A stretch of 64,000 nt of DNA from Candidatus Nomurabacteria bacterium (GCA_023267275.1 JAHFNO010000006.1:9519-73518); one strand, 5' to 3'; positions 18,679-28,329 are shown, counted from the first letter of the stretch. Notes: generated by a model from the sequence alone, not told the origin. Translations and numbers: made by a program.

Positions 18679-21195
18679 TTACTGAATATTTATCTCTTCA
18701 GAAGTGGTCCCTGTGGATTCAACTGTGTCAGTTCCTACCACCATCAATGTATTTGTTCCTGTTTGGAGGTTTGAAATCTGTTCAAGAGGAATCGAGAGGG
18801 TGGGGGTTGATCCATTTGTAGTACCAACATAATTATTGTTCAAGAACACATCCATTTTTTTAAGTGCATATGCTCCAGTAGAAGATATTGAAACAGTGAT
18901 CGTATCTTTTGTTGAAACAGTGCTTCCTTCCATCGGATTTGTTATTTTTATATGTGGTGCATTTGCAAGTGTGTGTACATCGTCATATCCAGCAGGTTTT
19001 TGAGCGAGTGTCACAATAGGGTATTTAGAACTATTTACCTTCCACCAATCCTGCACGGCCGTTTCCCAGTTGTTGTAGAGAGATTCACCTTGAGAGTTTC
19101 CCAAAAATCGATTGCGTGGATCAGTACGATTTACCCAATGAAGAATGTCGTGTACCTCAGTAACCACATATTCTTTTTGAGTTGCCTTTGGAGTCTGTGC
19201 CGTCGCAAGTTTTCCAGAGATAGTATCGACAACAAAACTCGTGTTTCCTTGCCAATATCCACGAAGCACCGGAGGAAGGGTGGCATAATCCGGATCAACC
19301 TCGGGTTTTTCAAATGTTTCAACCGGATAATTTTTTAGTGCCTCTTCCATAAATTGGTGCCAGATCGGTGCAGCAGTAATTCCTTTTCTCATAGCAGTGT
19401 TGTCATTTTTTCCAGCCCATACACCAGCAACGAGCGATGGTGTATATCCAATGGTCCACAAGTCTTTATAATCGTTTGTGGTACCTGTTTTCACTGCAAT
19501 CTGATGGTCGGGGAAGAAGAGTGGAGAAGTCGGGCTGTAGGTCAATCTACGCGCATTGTTGTCGGTGAGCACATCACTAATTTCCAAGGCAGCATTTTTA
19601 GGGAGTACTTGCATTGGATTGTCTTGCCAAGTTTCAAGCGTCGCTCCAGTATTGTCAGTAACCGAAAGAATTCCGTTGTATGGATGACGAACGCCGTTGT
19701 TGGCAAAAACCCCGTATGCACTTACTGCTTCGAGTAGCTTTACTTCACCACCTCCAAGTACAAGCGTTAGACCATAGCGTGACGAATCGGCAAGAGTGGT
19801 AATTCCCATGTCTTGTGCGGTTTTAATTGTATTTTGCACACCCACCATATAGAGCATTTTTACCGCAGGTACGTTCATAGAACTTCCGAGTGATGTGCGA
19901 ATATCGAGCGGGCCATGATAGGTTCCGTCGTAGTTTACTGGCATATAACATTCATCTTGTTTTGTGTTTGCATCTTTTGGATGGCCATATGGATTACAAC
20001 TTGCGTTGAATTCTGTTGGTACATCAAAAAGCACAGTGTCTGGCGTGTAACCATCTTCAAATGCCGTTGCATACATGTATGGTTTGAACGAGGATCCTGG
20101 CTGACGACGAGCTGTCGTCACATTGAAGTTTCCATCGATCTGCGTGTCGAAATAATTTCGGGAACCAACCATGACCAATAGTTGTCCTGTCTTTGGATCA
20201 ATCGCCACAAATCCAGCGTTCAAATCCTCGAGCTGTTTTTTGTCGCCGGTGGTATATTCTGCCACCGCGTTCTCGGCGATTTGCTGGAGATTGTAATCGA
20301 GTGTAGTAATCACTTTGAGTCCGCCAGATTCTACAGTATCGACTCCATATTTTTGTTCAAGATAATCTTTGATGAAAAAAACAAAGTGTGGAGCTTTAAT
20401 GCCTTGTGATTGTTGTGGCTTAAATACAACTTGTTCCGCTTTTGCTTGTGCATATTCTGTATCAGAAATAAATTTCAATTCATGTTCGCGAGCAAGCACG
20501 AGATTTTTGCGTGTTACCAAATCATCTTTATGTGTTCCGTAGGGAGAATAGTGTGTTGGTGCATTGGGAATAGCTGCAAGATAGGCAGCTTCGGCAACAG
20601 TCAAATCTTTTGGATCTTTGCCGAAAAATGTTTGTGATGCTTCTTGAATACCAAAAATATTTCCGCCATACGGAATTTCGTTGAGGTAAATTCCTAAAAT
20701 TTGATCTTTTGAATATGAGCGTTCAAGCTTGAGCGCCAAAATAATTTCCTTGAGTTTGCGTACAATCGTCTTGTCACTCGTGAGAAGACTTTGTTTGATT
20801 ACTTGTTGAGTGATAGTTGATCCACCTTGCACTGCACCCGCATGGGTAATGTTGGCAACAAGTGCGCGAAGCATTGCTTTTGGCTGAACACCAATGTGTT
20901 GATAGAAATTTGAATCTTCAATGGCAACAGTGGCATTTTTTATATTCGCTCCCATATCAGTATAGGGAATAGAGGTGCGGTGTGCGTCACTTCCCAAATC
21001 GTACAACACGATTTGCCCAGTACGGTCATATATTTTTGTGGAATTTACTTGTTTGCGGGAGTCGAACGAAGTGAAGTCGGGAAGCTTCATAAAGCTGATC
21101 CAAATGATGAGCACGCCAAAAATAAACGCCCCGATTCCGAGCACTGCGAATAATGTGTTACGAACATGATGCGTTTTTATGTTTGCTAATGCCAT
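18679..21195 (-). CDS. Class A penicillin-binding protein (PBP1A family) with C-terminal Ig-like domain
   Basis: Transglycosylase motifs AIEDSNFY, GGSTITQQ, RKLKE; transpeptidase motifs QPGSSFK, SMN, KTGT. Confidence 0.95.
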   Translation of the reverse strand: MALANIKTHHVRNTLFAVLGIGAFIFGVLIIWISFMKLPDFTSFDSRKQVNSTKIYDRTGQIVLYDLGSDAHRTSIPYTDMGANIKNATVAIEDSNFYQHIGVQPKAMLRALVANITHAGAVQGGSTITQQVIKQSLLTSDKTIVRKLKEIILALKLERSYSKDQILGIYLNEIPYGGNIFGIQEASQTFFGKDPKDLTVAEAAYLAAIPNAPTHYSPYGTHKDDLVTRKNLVLAREHELKFISDTEYAQAKAEQVVFKPQQSQGIKAPHFVFFIKDYLEQKYGVDTVESGGLKVITTLDYNLQQIAENAVAEYTTGDKKQLEDLNAGFVAIDPKTGQLLVMVGSRNYFDTQIDGNFNVTTARRQPGSSFKPYMYATAFEDGYTPDTVLFDVPTEFNASCNPYGHPKDANTKQDECYMPVNYDGTYHGPLDIRTSLGSSMNVPAVKMLYMVGVQNTIKTAQDMGITTLADSSRYGLTLVLGGGEVKLLEAVSAYGVFANNGVRHPYNGILSVTDNTGATLETWQDNPMQVLPKNAALEISDVLTDNNARRLTYSPTSPLFFPDHQIAVKTGTTNDYKDLWTIGYTPSLVAGVWAGKNDNTAMRKGITAAPIWHQFMEEALKNYPVETFEKPEVDPDYATLPPVLRGYWQGNTSFVVDTISGKLATAQTPKATQKEYVVTEVHDILHWVNRTDPRNRFLGNSQGESLYNNWETAVQDWWKVNSSKYPIVTLAQKPAGYDDVHTLANAPHIKITNPMEGSTVSTKDTITVSISSTGAYALKKMDVFLNNNYVGTTNGSTPTLSIPLEQISNLQTGTNTLMVVGTDTVESTGTTSEEINIQ

Positions 21196-21252
21196 TCCAG
21201 TATCATATCACGACCCAAGGACAAAAAAGGGCATTTATGGTACAGTGCTTTT

Positions 21253-22623
21253 ATGAAATCTGTAGATATTGAAGAATTATTTTCTCGCGGAGCTGCGAGT
21301 TTTATAGACCCCGACAATGCATTCCGTAAAAAAGTGGAGGCAAAAATTGCGGGCAACTATCCAGGCGATATTGTTATCAAAATCGGTATGGATCCAACAC
21401 GACCAGACATTCATATCGGCCACGCCGTGATTCTTCGCAAACTTCGTTCATTCCAAGATATCGGCTGTAAGATCATTTTCCTTATCGGCGACTTTACTTC
21501 TCTCATTGGTGATCCGACCGGCAAAAGTAAAACTCGCCCCGAGATTAGTCAGCAAGAAATCGAGAACAATATGAAGACCTACCTCGACCAGGCAGGAAAA
21601 ATTCTTTCACTTGATCCAAAGGTATTTTCTTGGATTCGCAATTCTGATTGGTTTGTTTCTATCAACGACATTCTCGCTCCCGACAATCGAAAAGATCTTT
21701 CTTTTGGAGATATTTCCGTTTCTGTCGACAAACCACTTCCTGGTACACATATTTTGAACAAGGCGAGTTATTGGGTGGAGACACGCATGCAAAAAAATGC
21801 GATTCACAGTTTTTCATTCCTCAACGTTCTTTCTGTGCTTCGTCATGTTACCCACGCACGTCTCATTGAACGTGACATGTTTCAAGATCGTATAGAGAAA
21901 GGGGGAGAACTCTACATGCACGAAATGATGTATCCAGTATTGCAAGGAATCGATTCCACTGTCCTCGCAAACATTTACGGATCATGTGATCTTGAAATCG
22001 GAGGTACCGACCAGACATTCAACATGCTCATGGGACGCGATGTTATGCGTATGAACAAACAAGAAGAGCAATCAGTGCTCTCTATGGATATTCTCGAAGG
22101 ACTTGATGGAAAGGAAAAAATGAGTAAATCACTCGACAACTACATTGGTATCACTGATGAACCAAACAACATGTACGGCAAGGTGCTCTCTATTCCTGAC
22201 GCACTCATTCCACGCTATTTCGCACTTGCCACATACACACCGCTTGCCGAAACAAAAGAAATTGAAAAAACACTCGCGAGTGGAAACACAAATCCGCGTG
22301 ACTTAAAGATGCGCTTGGCACGAGAAATCGTTGCAATATACCACGGTGAATCTGCCGCAGAAGGCGCAGAAAAAAATTTTGTTGAAACGTTTTCACAAAA
22401 AAAGATTCCAGAAAATGTTTTGGAAATCTCTGGAGAATTTACTTCGATTGTTGACGCTATGATGAAAGCCGAAGTTGCTGAATCAAAAACAGATGCACGT
22501 CGTCTGATTGAAGCAGGTGCAGTGACATATCTCGAATCTGATACAAAAATTACTGACGCAACGACTGTACCAGAAAAAGGTACGTATCGTGTTGGAAAGA
22601 TTCGTTTTTTCCGAATCGGGTAG
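21253..22623 (+). CDS. tyrS: Tyrosine--tRNA ligase
   Basis: GMDPTRPDIHIGH, IGDPTGK, YPVLQGID, GGTDQTFN, KMSKS, C-terminal S4-like domain. Confidence 0.97.
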   Translation: MKSVDIEELFSRGAASFIDPDNAFRKKVEAKIAGNYPGDIVIKIGMDPTRPDIHIGHAVILRKLRSFQDIGCKIIFLIGDFTSLIGDPTGKSKTRPEISQQEIENNMKTYLDQAGKILSLDPKVFSWIRNSDWFVSINDILAPDNRKDLSFGDISVSVDKPLPGTHILNKASYWVETRMQKNAIHSFSFLNVLSVLRHVTHARLIERDMFQDRIEKGGELYMHEMMYPVLQGIDSTVLANIYGSCDLEIGGTDQTFNMLMGRDVMRMNKQEEQSVLSMDILEGLDGKEKMSKSLDNYIGITDEPNNMYGKVLSIPDALIPRYFALATYTPLAETKEIEKTLASGNTNPRDLKMRLAREIVAIYHGESAAEGAEKNFVETFSQKKIPENVLEISGEFTSIVDAMMKAEVAESKTDARRLIEAGAVTYLESDTKITDATTVPEKGTYRVGKIRFFRIG

Positions 22624-22687
22624 AGTCACAAGAACAAAAGATCATCAGAGTATAAAAACACGAGAGCAGATAATATAAAAACAAAAA

Positions 22688-22720
22688 ATACAAACCCCGC
22701 GCCTGGCGCGGGGTTTGTAT
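22688..22720. terminator. Bidirectional terminator hairpin
   Basis: atacaaaccccgcgc-ctg-gcgcggggtttgtat. Confidence 0.8.
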
Positions 22721-22759
22721 TAATGTTCTAGTGATTATTGTTCTCGTGTTCTAGTGATT

Positions 22760-22939
22760 TTACAAGTCTGCTGTAGGCAAATCACTCTCGTCATCGTCTT
22801 CTGTGTCGACATCATCATCGGTGAGGGGAATATCATCTGCTAAAAATTCATCATCGATGTCCGTATCATCTGTCAAAGCAGTTCCGGTAAATTCTGGATC
22901 TTCATCGGATGGGCGAATTGTATCTTCTTCAAATTGCAT
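22760..22939 (-). CDS. 59-aa extremely acidic protein (not in the ORF track)
   Basis: Manual translation MQFEEDTIRPSDEDPEFTGTALTDDTDIDDEFLADDIPLTDDDVDTEDDDESDLPTADL; followed by a terminator. Confidence 0.7.
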   Translation of the reverse strand: MQFEEDTIRPSDEDPEFTGTALTDDTDIDDEFLADDIPLTDDDVDTEDDDESDLPTADL

Positions 22940-23101
22940 ACTAAGAAAAAATTATAAGTAAGTAAAATAGTTTTCGAGCGACCTAATAACGACCTAATAA
23001 TGTACAGTTGTAACAGATGCAGTTTTTATTAGCAACACCTGTTTTACAAAAAAGTGTGGATATCTAAAAGAGTATGCGTACACAAAATGAATTGGCTCTT
23101 T

Positions 23102-23578
23102 TTATCGAATTTTTGCAATTGCAAAACAAGTGAGCGCTACAGCGATTGCATCCACTTCATCGTCAATCATTTTGCGTTCCGGAAGTTTGATGAGACGTGG
23201 CACCATGTCCATCACTCCGCGCTTGTCACTTTTTCCATAACCAGTAACCGCTACTTTTATTTCAAGTGGTGTGTATTCAAAAATAGGGATGTGCGCTCGA
23301 GCACCTTCATACAAAAGTACACCACGGGCCTCCGCTACCACCATCGCTGTTTTCGTGTTTGTTTCAAAAAACAATTTTTCGATTGCCATACCATCCGGAT
23401 TCCATTCGGTGATCACACGAGCGACTTCTTCTCCCAAGAGAAGAAGTCGCTCGCTGTGCGAAATTTTTGCCGATGTTTTAAAACACTCAGAAAATAAAAA
23501 TGTTTCCTTGTTGCCGATTTTTTCGATTACCGCAATACCGATTCGTTCAATTCCTGGATCAATTCCTAGGATTCTCAT
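23102..23578 (-). CDS. ruvC: Holliday junction resolvase RuvC
   Basis: MRILGIDPG, AIEKLFF, EYTPLEIK.AVTGYGKSDK, DDEVDAIAVA. Confidence 0.97.
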   Translation of the reverse strand: MRILGIDPGIERIGIAVIEKIGNKETFLFSECFKTSAKISHSERLLLLGEEVARVITEWNPDGMAIEKLFFETNTKTAMVVAEARGVLLYEGARAHIPIFEYTPLEIKVAVTGYGKSDKRGVMDMVPRLIKLPERKMIDDEVDAIAVALTCFAIAKIR

Positions 23579-23590
23579 AATGTCTAATAA

Positions 23591-23971
23591 CTAATTTCTA
23601 ATTTCTAAAGAATTCGCCTTTGACTTGAGCGAAATGGTAACAAAGATTTTTCGAAGTTCTTCAGCTTCTTTGTATAGTTTTTCTAATTCAGTTCTATGAA
23701 CTTCTGTTTCAATAAGTAGTCGCAACCAGTACTCTGTTTCCTGAGCTTCTTTTTTGCAAATACCAATTTTATGTTCAAAATCCTTTCTTGACTCAGCTCC
23801 ATCAGCCTCATGATAGTTTGCACCAATGCTTGTTCCGGAGCGAATACATTGCAAAATTAAATTTTGGTTTGTCATATTCCTTTGTATTTTTTTGAGAGAA
23901 AAGATTAGATTCTTGCTAAACAAAAAAGTTCTTTCTTTCAAATCATATTTTTTTGTATTGCCATTAGACAT
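23591..23971 (-). CDS. Four helix bundle protein (23S rRNA-IVP/Avd-like)
   Basis: YDLKERTF.F...QCIRSGTSIGANYHEA..AESRKDF.HK..I..KEA.ETEYWLRLL. Confidence 0.92.
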   Translation of the reverse strand: MSNGNTKKYDLKERTFLFSKNLIFSLKKIQRNMTNQNLILQCIRSGTSIGANYHEADGAESRKDFEHKIGICKKEAQETEYWLRLLIETEVHRTELEKLYKEAEELRKIFVTISLKSKANSLEIRN

Positions 23972-23996
23972 TAGAAATTAGAAGTTAGATATTGGG

Positions 23997-24521
23997 TTAC
24001 TCGGCGTTTGTTAGTACTTCTTGCACCTCATTATTGTTTTCTAGTTCATCAATGAGTTTTTCGAGTGCAACACCATCTTCTTCGGAGAGGGGAACAGTCA
24101 TTGTTGGAGTAAGTTCACCATCTACTTTTTGAAATGCCCACATAACACTACCGATGGATCCAAGCGAGGAACCATTTTTATCAAGTATATGACGAATCTC
24201 TTGTGCGGCGCGATTGCGTGAATCGGTAAGTGCTTCAATAATGATTCCGACTCCGCCCGGACCGTAGGCTTCGTAGACGATTGTTTCCAAATCTTTGGCT
24301 TCAGTAGCTTTGCTAATTGCTCGTTCAATAGTATCGACTGGCATATCTGCAGCACGAGCTTTATCGATAGCACTGCGTACTGCTACGGCATTGCGATCGC
24401 CACCAGCCACTTTTACCTGCGCGGAAATCATACGGGAAAGCTTTCCAAAGAGTTGGCTTCGCTTACTATCGCTCGCACCTTTTTGACGTTGTATTTGTGA
24501 CCATTTGTTATGACCTGACAT
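23997..24521 (-). CDS. yebC: YebC/PmpR family protein (short form)
   Basis: MSGHNKWSQI, YEAYGPGGVGIIIEALTDSRNR; canonical position before ruvC; 174 aa. Confidence 0.93.
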   Translation of the reverse strand: MSGHNKWSQIQRQKGASDSKRSQLFGKLSRMISAQVKVAGGDRNAVAVRSAIDKARAADMPVDTIERAISKATEAKDLETIVYEAYGPGGVGIIIEALTDSRNRAAQEIRHILDKNGSSLGSIGSVMWAFQKVDGELTPTMTVPLSEEDGVALEKLIDELENNNEVQEVLTNAE

Positions 24522-24607
24522 ATTGCCCAGTATAAATTATCTTTTTCTAAGTAGAAAGGGTTTGACAAATATATAAAAAGGAGGATAATCGAAAAAAACT
24601 AACGCTT

Positions 24608-24862
24608 ATGTATCGCAAACATTTACAGTTTATAACAGAGTTTGGTCCAGCAAACTTTATAATTAGAAAGCAAATAGATCTCGGACACATAGAAGACCAG
24701 GATGTCTTAGATTTTATAAAAATAAGAACCGGAAAAAACTCCTTGGACGAAAACATAAAATATGAGCTGAGGCGCTTACGGAAAAAAGATATTCGATACA
24801 TTCCTTTCGGTGTGATTAATATCACAAAACCCGAATTATGTGTCGAATCTATTGAATGTTAA
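24608..24862 (+). CDS. Hypothetical protein
   Basis: 84-aa ORF with TTGACA..GATAAT upstream and a hairpin (24882-24907) downstream. Confidence 0.55.
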   Translation: MYRKHLQFITEFGPANFIIRKQIDLGHIEDQDVLDFIKIRTGKNSLDENIKYELRRLRKKDIRYIPFGVINITKPELCVESIEC

Positions 24863-25242
24863 AACGATATTGTATTTATTTATACAGCCCTGCATGCAGG
24901 GCTGTATTTTTTTAAAACCAAATATCCGGGTATTGTATAAACACAGCAACATGCTAGTATTTGTTTCAAATCCACCGCCCATGTTCTCAATACCAATCGC
25001 CCTCCTTATTTACAAATGCCGGCATTTCGTGATGCTTTATTCTGTAAAAGCAATCATTGTCGTCGCCAACTGTATCGATGAATTACACAGATCAAAAACA
25101 GGTATGTTTTTTATCAAAACAGCAGAAGCATTTGCAAAATTATCAATGTAACAGCCTGTCACTCATGATAGGCTGTTTTTCATTTCCAGATTTAGATTGC
25201 TTGTATTCCTTAAAAAGAGTGCTATTGTGAAGAAAAACTATT

Positions 25243-25767
25243 ATGAAACTTATTGATTTTAGAAAAGATCTCGATACATTCAAAAATGAATTACAGGAGA
25301 TTTTTGGAGAAAACTTCTCTCAGATAACAGAATTTCCACTTCCATTGTTTCCCGCGCTCTTCTATTTCAAACAACGGTTTAAATATGGTGAAGAAAAGGA
25401 GTATACAGTGACCCATACCCATCGTATTACGAATATTGATCCATCGAGATACCCATTTCGTGGAGCAATAGGACTCGAGAAGGATTCTTTCTCTTCATGC
25501 AGTTTCGTACTCTACGGCGGAAAATTTGAAAAGAGCGAAGAAGACCAGCTTATGTGGGTGAAAGAGGTGTTCCGATTGCGCGGAGGGATTTTTGATAAAA
25601 ATATGCCAGCTTTGAATGGCGAAGAAAAGCTCAATATCAATGCACAATTTGATTTTTCCTTGTTGCTTGATACAAAAAAAGAATTGCAGTTTATTGCAAA
25701 CATGTTCTCTGAAATAGCAGATTTATATGATTTGATGAATTCAAAAATTGAAAGCGTAAAACTATAA
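25243..25767 (+). CDS. Hypothetical protein
   Basis: 174-aa ORF with own promoter-like sequence and a terminator at about 25771-25800. Confidence 0.7.
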   Translation: MKLIDFRKDLDTFKNELQEIFGENFSQITEFPLPLFPALFYFKQRFKYGEEKEYTVTHTHRITNIDPSRYPFRGAIGLEKDSFSSCSFVLYGGKFEKSEEDQLMWVKEVFRLRGGIFDKNMPALNGEEKLNINAQFDFSLLLDTKKELQFIANMFSEIADLYDLMNSKIESVKL

Positions 25768-25837
25768 AGTAAAAATCCCCATATTACGGGGATTTTTTTG
25801 TTACTCAAACAAGTTTTTTGGAATACCCTAAAGCAAA

Positions 25838-26830
25838 TTATTGCTCGGGCGCGTCGAACCCTAAATGTTCGTAAGCCTTTTTTGTCACCGTGCGTCCGCG
25901 AGTGGTTCGCTCAAGGAGTCCGCGTTGAATGAGATACGGTTCAATCACTTCTTCGATCGTTGCTTCTTCTTCACTCGTCGCTGCCGCAATCGTGTTGAGT
26001 CCCACTGGTCCACCATTGAATTTCTCAATGATTACTTGGAGTACTTGGCGGTCGGATTCTGAAAGACCGAGTTCGTCGATACCCAAGAGGGAAAGTGCAA
26101 GAAATACAGTTTTTTTATCTAAATCTTTTTTATGCACCTGTGCGTAGTCACGGCAACGTTTCAAAAAATAGTTTGCGGTGCGGGGAGTAAAGCGCGCACG
26201 TTTTGCGATTTCTGCTACGGCATCATCGTCAATGGTTACGCCAAGCACTTTTGCTGAGCGATGAATGATCTTCGCAATTTGTTCTTCGGTATAAAATTCC
26301 AAACGAAATGTTCCACCAGAAAAACGTGAGCGGAGTGGGGCAGAAAGAAGCGCGATGCGTGTGGTTGCTGCGATAAGAGTGAATGCAGGAAGGTCGAGTT
26401 GGATTGTACGAGCGCTTGGACCTTTGCCGATAATAATATCGAGTACGCCACTTTCCATGGCAGGGTAGAGGACTTCTTCAATAGTCTTATTCAAGCGATG
26501 AATCTCGTCGACAAACAAAATATCTCCCGGTTGCAGGTTTGTAAGTATGGAAGCAAGGTCGCCAACTTTTTCAATTGCCGGCCCACTCGTCGATTTGAGC
26601 GAGCGTCCAGTTTCTTTTGCAATCAAATGGGCGAGCGTTGTCTTTCCCAATCCTGGTGGACCATAAAAAAGAATATGTTCGGCAGGATGATTGCGTTCCG
26701 AAGCAGCTTGCAAAAGAATTTTTAAATTTTCTTTGATGGATTCCTGACCAATATACTCATCAAATGAGCTTGGGCGGAGTGTCTGGTCAAGATATGAGTC
26801 GTTTTCTTTTTTTTCTTCGTTATTTTCCAT
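25838..26830 (-). CDS. ruvB: Holliday junction branch migration helicase RuvB
   Basis: LRPSSFDEYIGQ, GPPGLGKTTLA, LFVDEIHRL, EEVLYPAME, GGPVGL, EPYLIQ. Confidence 0.98.
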   Translation of the reverse strand: MENNEEKKENDSYLDQTLRPSSFDEYIGQESIKENLKILLQAASERNHPAEHILFYGPPGLGKTTLAHLIAKETGRSLKSTSGPAIEKVGDLASILTNLQPGDILFVDEIHRLNKTIEEVLYPAMESGVLDIIIGKGPSARTIQLDLPAFTLIAATTRIALLSAPLRSRFSGGTFRLEFYTEEQIAKIIHRSAKVLGVTIDDDAVAEIAKRARFTPRTANYFLKRCRDYAQVHKKDLDKKTVFLALSLLGIDELGLSESDRQVLQVIIEKFNGGPVGLNTIAAATSEEEATIEEVIEPYLIQRGLLERTTRGRTVTKKAYEHLGFDAPEQ

Positions 26831-27220
26831 TGTTTTTTAGAATTATTTAGCTTCGTTTTGGTGTTCCTTTAGACATTAGTCATTAGACCTTAGGATTTGG
26901 GTTATAAATGACCACTCTTGACATTTGCAACCTGCTATGCTAGACTAGCAGTAATTAAATCAATACCCACTTTATACACAGGGTATACACACAGTATACC
27001 ACCTGGCCCCATAAATTTCTTTCGGGACTCAGGGTACTATAATTGGGAGGCGATTTTTTATTTTTTAGGATATACATAAATGGCGCATTTCTGAATCAGC
27101 AGATTCACTCTTGGAGGAAGTTGCTTCGCTCGTTTGTTCCCGCAATGTACCCCGTGTACATTTTGGTCACAAGCCTCGCTCGCGCCTCGAACTGCATCCA
27201 TTTCTGTTAAATCCTATTTA

Positions 27221-27387
27221 AGAAGGCATAAATCTCTAAGTGATCAAGTTTTCGGACTGTATAGGATCTCGTAAAGGACGTTTTGGCTCCCAGGCTCGTT
27301 TCTGGAAGTGCTGCAGCTATCCTCCGCGGTCTCCTTACTTTTAACACCTAGTTGTTGAAAGGATTATTTAGAGATTTATGCTTTTTT
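27221..27387 (+). ncRNA. Candidate rod-shaped structured RNA (6S RNA-like)
   Basis: 22-bp terminal stem 27224-27245/27362-27383 (3 G-U pairs, valid only on +), asymmetric internal bubble, apical stems, 3' U-run. Confidence 0.55.
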
Positions 27388-27617
27388 TGTTGTCAAAATA
27401 GTAAAAAAATATGTCGTTTTGAAAGACACGAAAATTTTTTGCTAAAAATTTTCTCTGTCCGTCGCCGGTCGCTCCTCCCAAGGTCTTTCAAAACGACATA
27501 CTATTTTTACAACAAAAAAACAAAACTCTCTGGGTGGGGAGATGGGGGAAAATGTGAACCCAATACATTGCTAATGTTGATACTAGTTTTTTATTTATGA
27601 AAAAACCACCCAAATAA

Positions 27618-28223
27618 TTAGGTGGCTTCATTTTTTGCTACAAGCGCTGCAATTGAAAAAATTGCAGATTTACTTTTTTGAGGAAGGATATCTGGAAGAA
27701 GGATATTGCCATAGAGTTCTATTAGTTTTATTGGCATTTTTTCCCACCAGAAACTAAAGCGTTCTTTGTTGCTCATGTGTATAGAGGGTGCTTTTCTTTC
27801 AGATAAAATGACTGCATCTCGCAAAAGACAGATTTTTTCATAGGAATCTCCTTTGTATTTTTCACTCAACCACAGCACATACGGAAGTTTGCGGATCAGG
27901 CATCCTTTGATAAAAACAAGTTTTAATAACTCGGCATACCAGGCAAGAATTTCTTTTTCTTGTTTATTTGGTCCGCGACTTGTTTCCGGATCGATGATAA
28001 GACCAATACAACAATTACTCTCATCTACAATGTTTAGCAAGCTTACATTGAGTTTTTTTATTCCACCTTCAGCTCGCGGGTTTGGTACGAGCCCAAATTG
28101 AGTAATGAGAGCAAGGTTTAATACAAATTGAGCAATCGCTATGTCTAGTATTGGATGTTTTGATTCAACACAGACAATTCCTTTTTTAAGGTCATTTTTA
28201 AGAATCAAAGAAGATGTATTCAT
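27618..28223 (-). CDS. Hypothetical protein
   Basis: 201-aa ORF with TTGACA-17-TAAGTA upstream on the minus strand. Confidence 0.65.
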   Translation of the reverse strand: MNTSSLILKNDLKKGIVCVESKHPILDIAIAQFVLNLALITQFGLVPNPRAEGGIKKLNVSLLNIVDESNCCIGLIIDPETSRGPNKQEKEILAWYAELLKLVFIKGCLIRKLPYVLWLSEKYKGDSYEKICLLRDAVILSERKAPSIHMSNKERFSFWWEKMPIKLIELYGNILLPDILPQKSKSAIFSIAALVAKNEAT

Positions 28224-28329
28224 AAGAGTTGTTTTGCTTACTTATACTCAATCCTGCTCCGTATGTCAAAAATTCATGCATTGCTTTATTTTAGGGAAAG
28301 GTGTTTACTGAAGAAAAATTGACAACAGT

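Noticed and set aside
24840-25151. 103-aa ORF
   Set aside because: Spans a terminator-like hairpin and has no recognisable features; a shorter ORF from about 24951 is possible but unsupported.
26965-27002. TTATACACA-like boxes as a second origin
   Set aside because: Only one good box; the dnaA-dnaN spacer has the full origin architecture.
27224-27383. Retron msr-msd (flanking inverted repeats)
   Set aside because: No reverse transcriptase nearby; the rod-plus-bubble fold fits a stand-alone RNA better.
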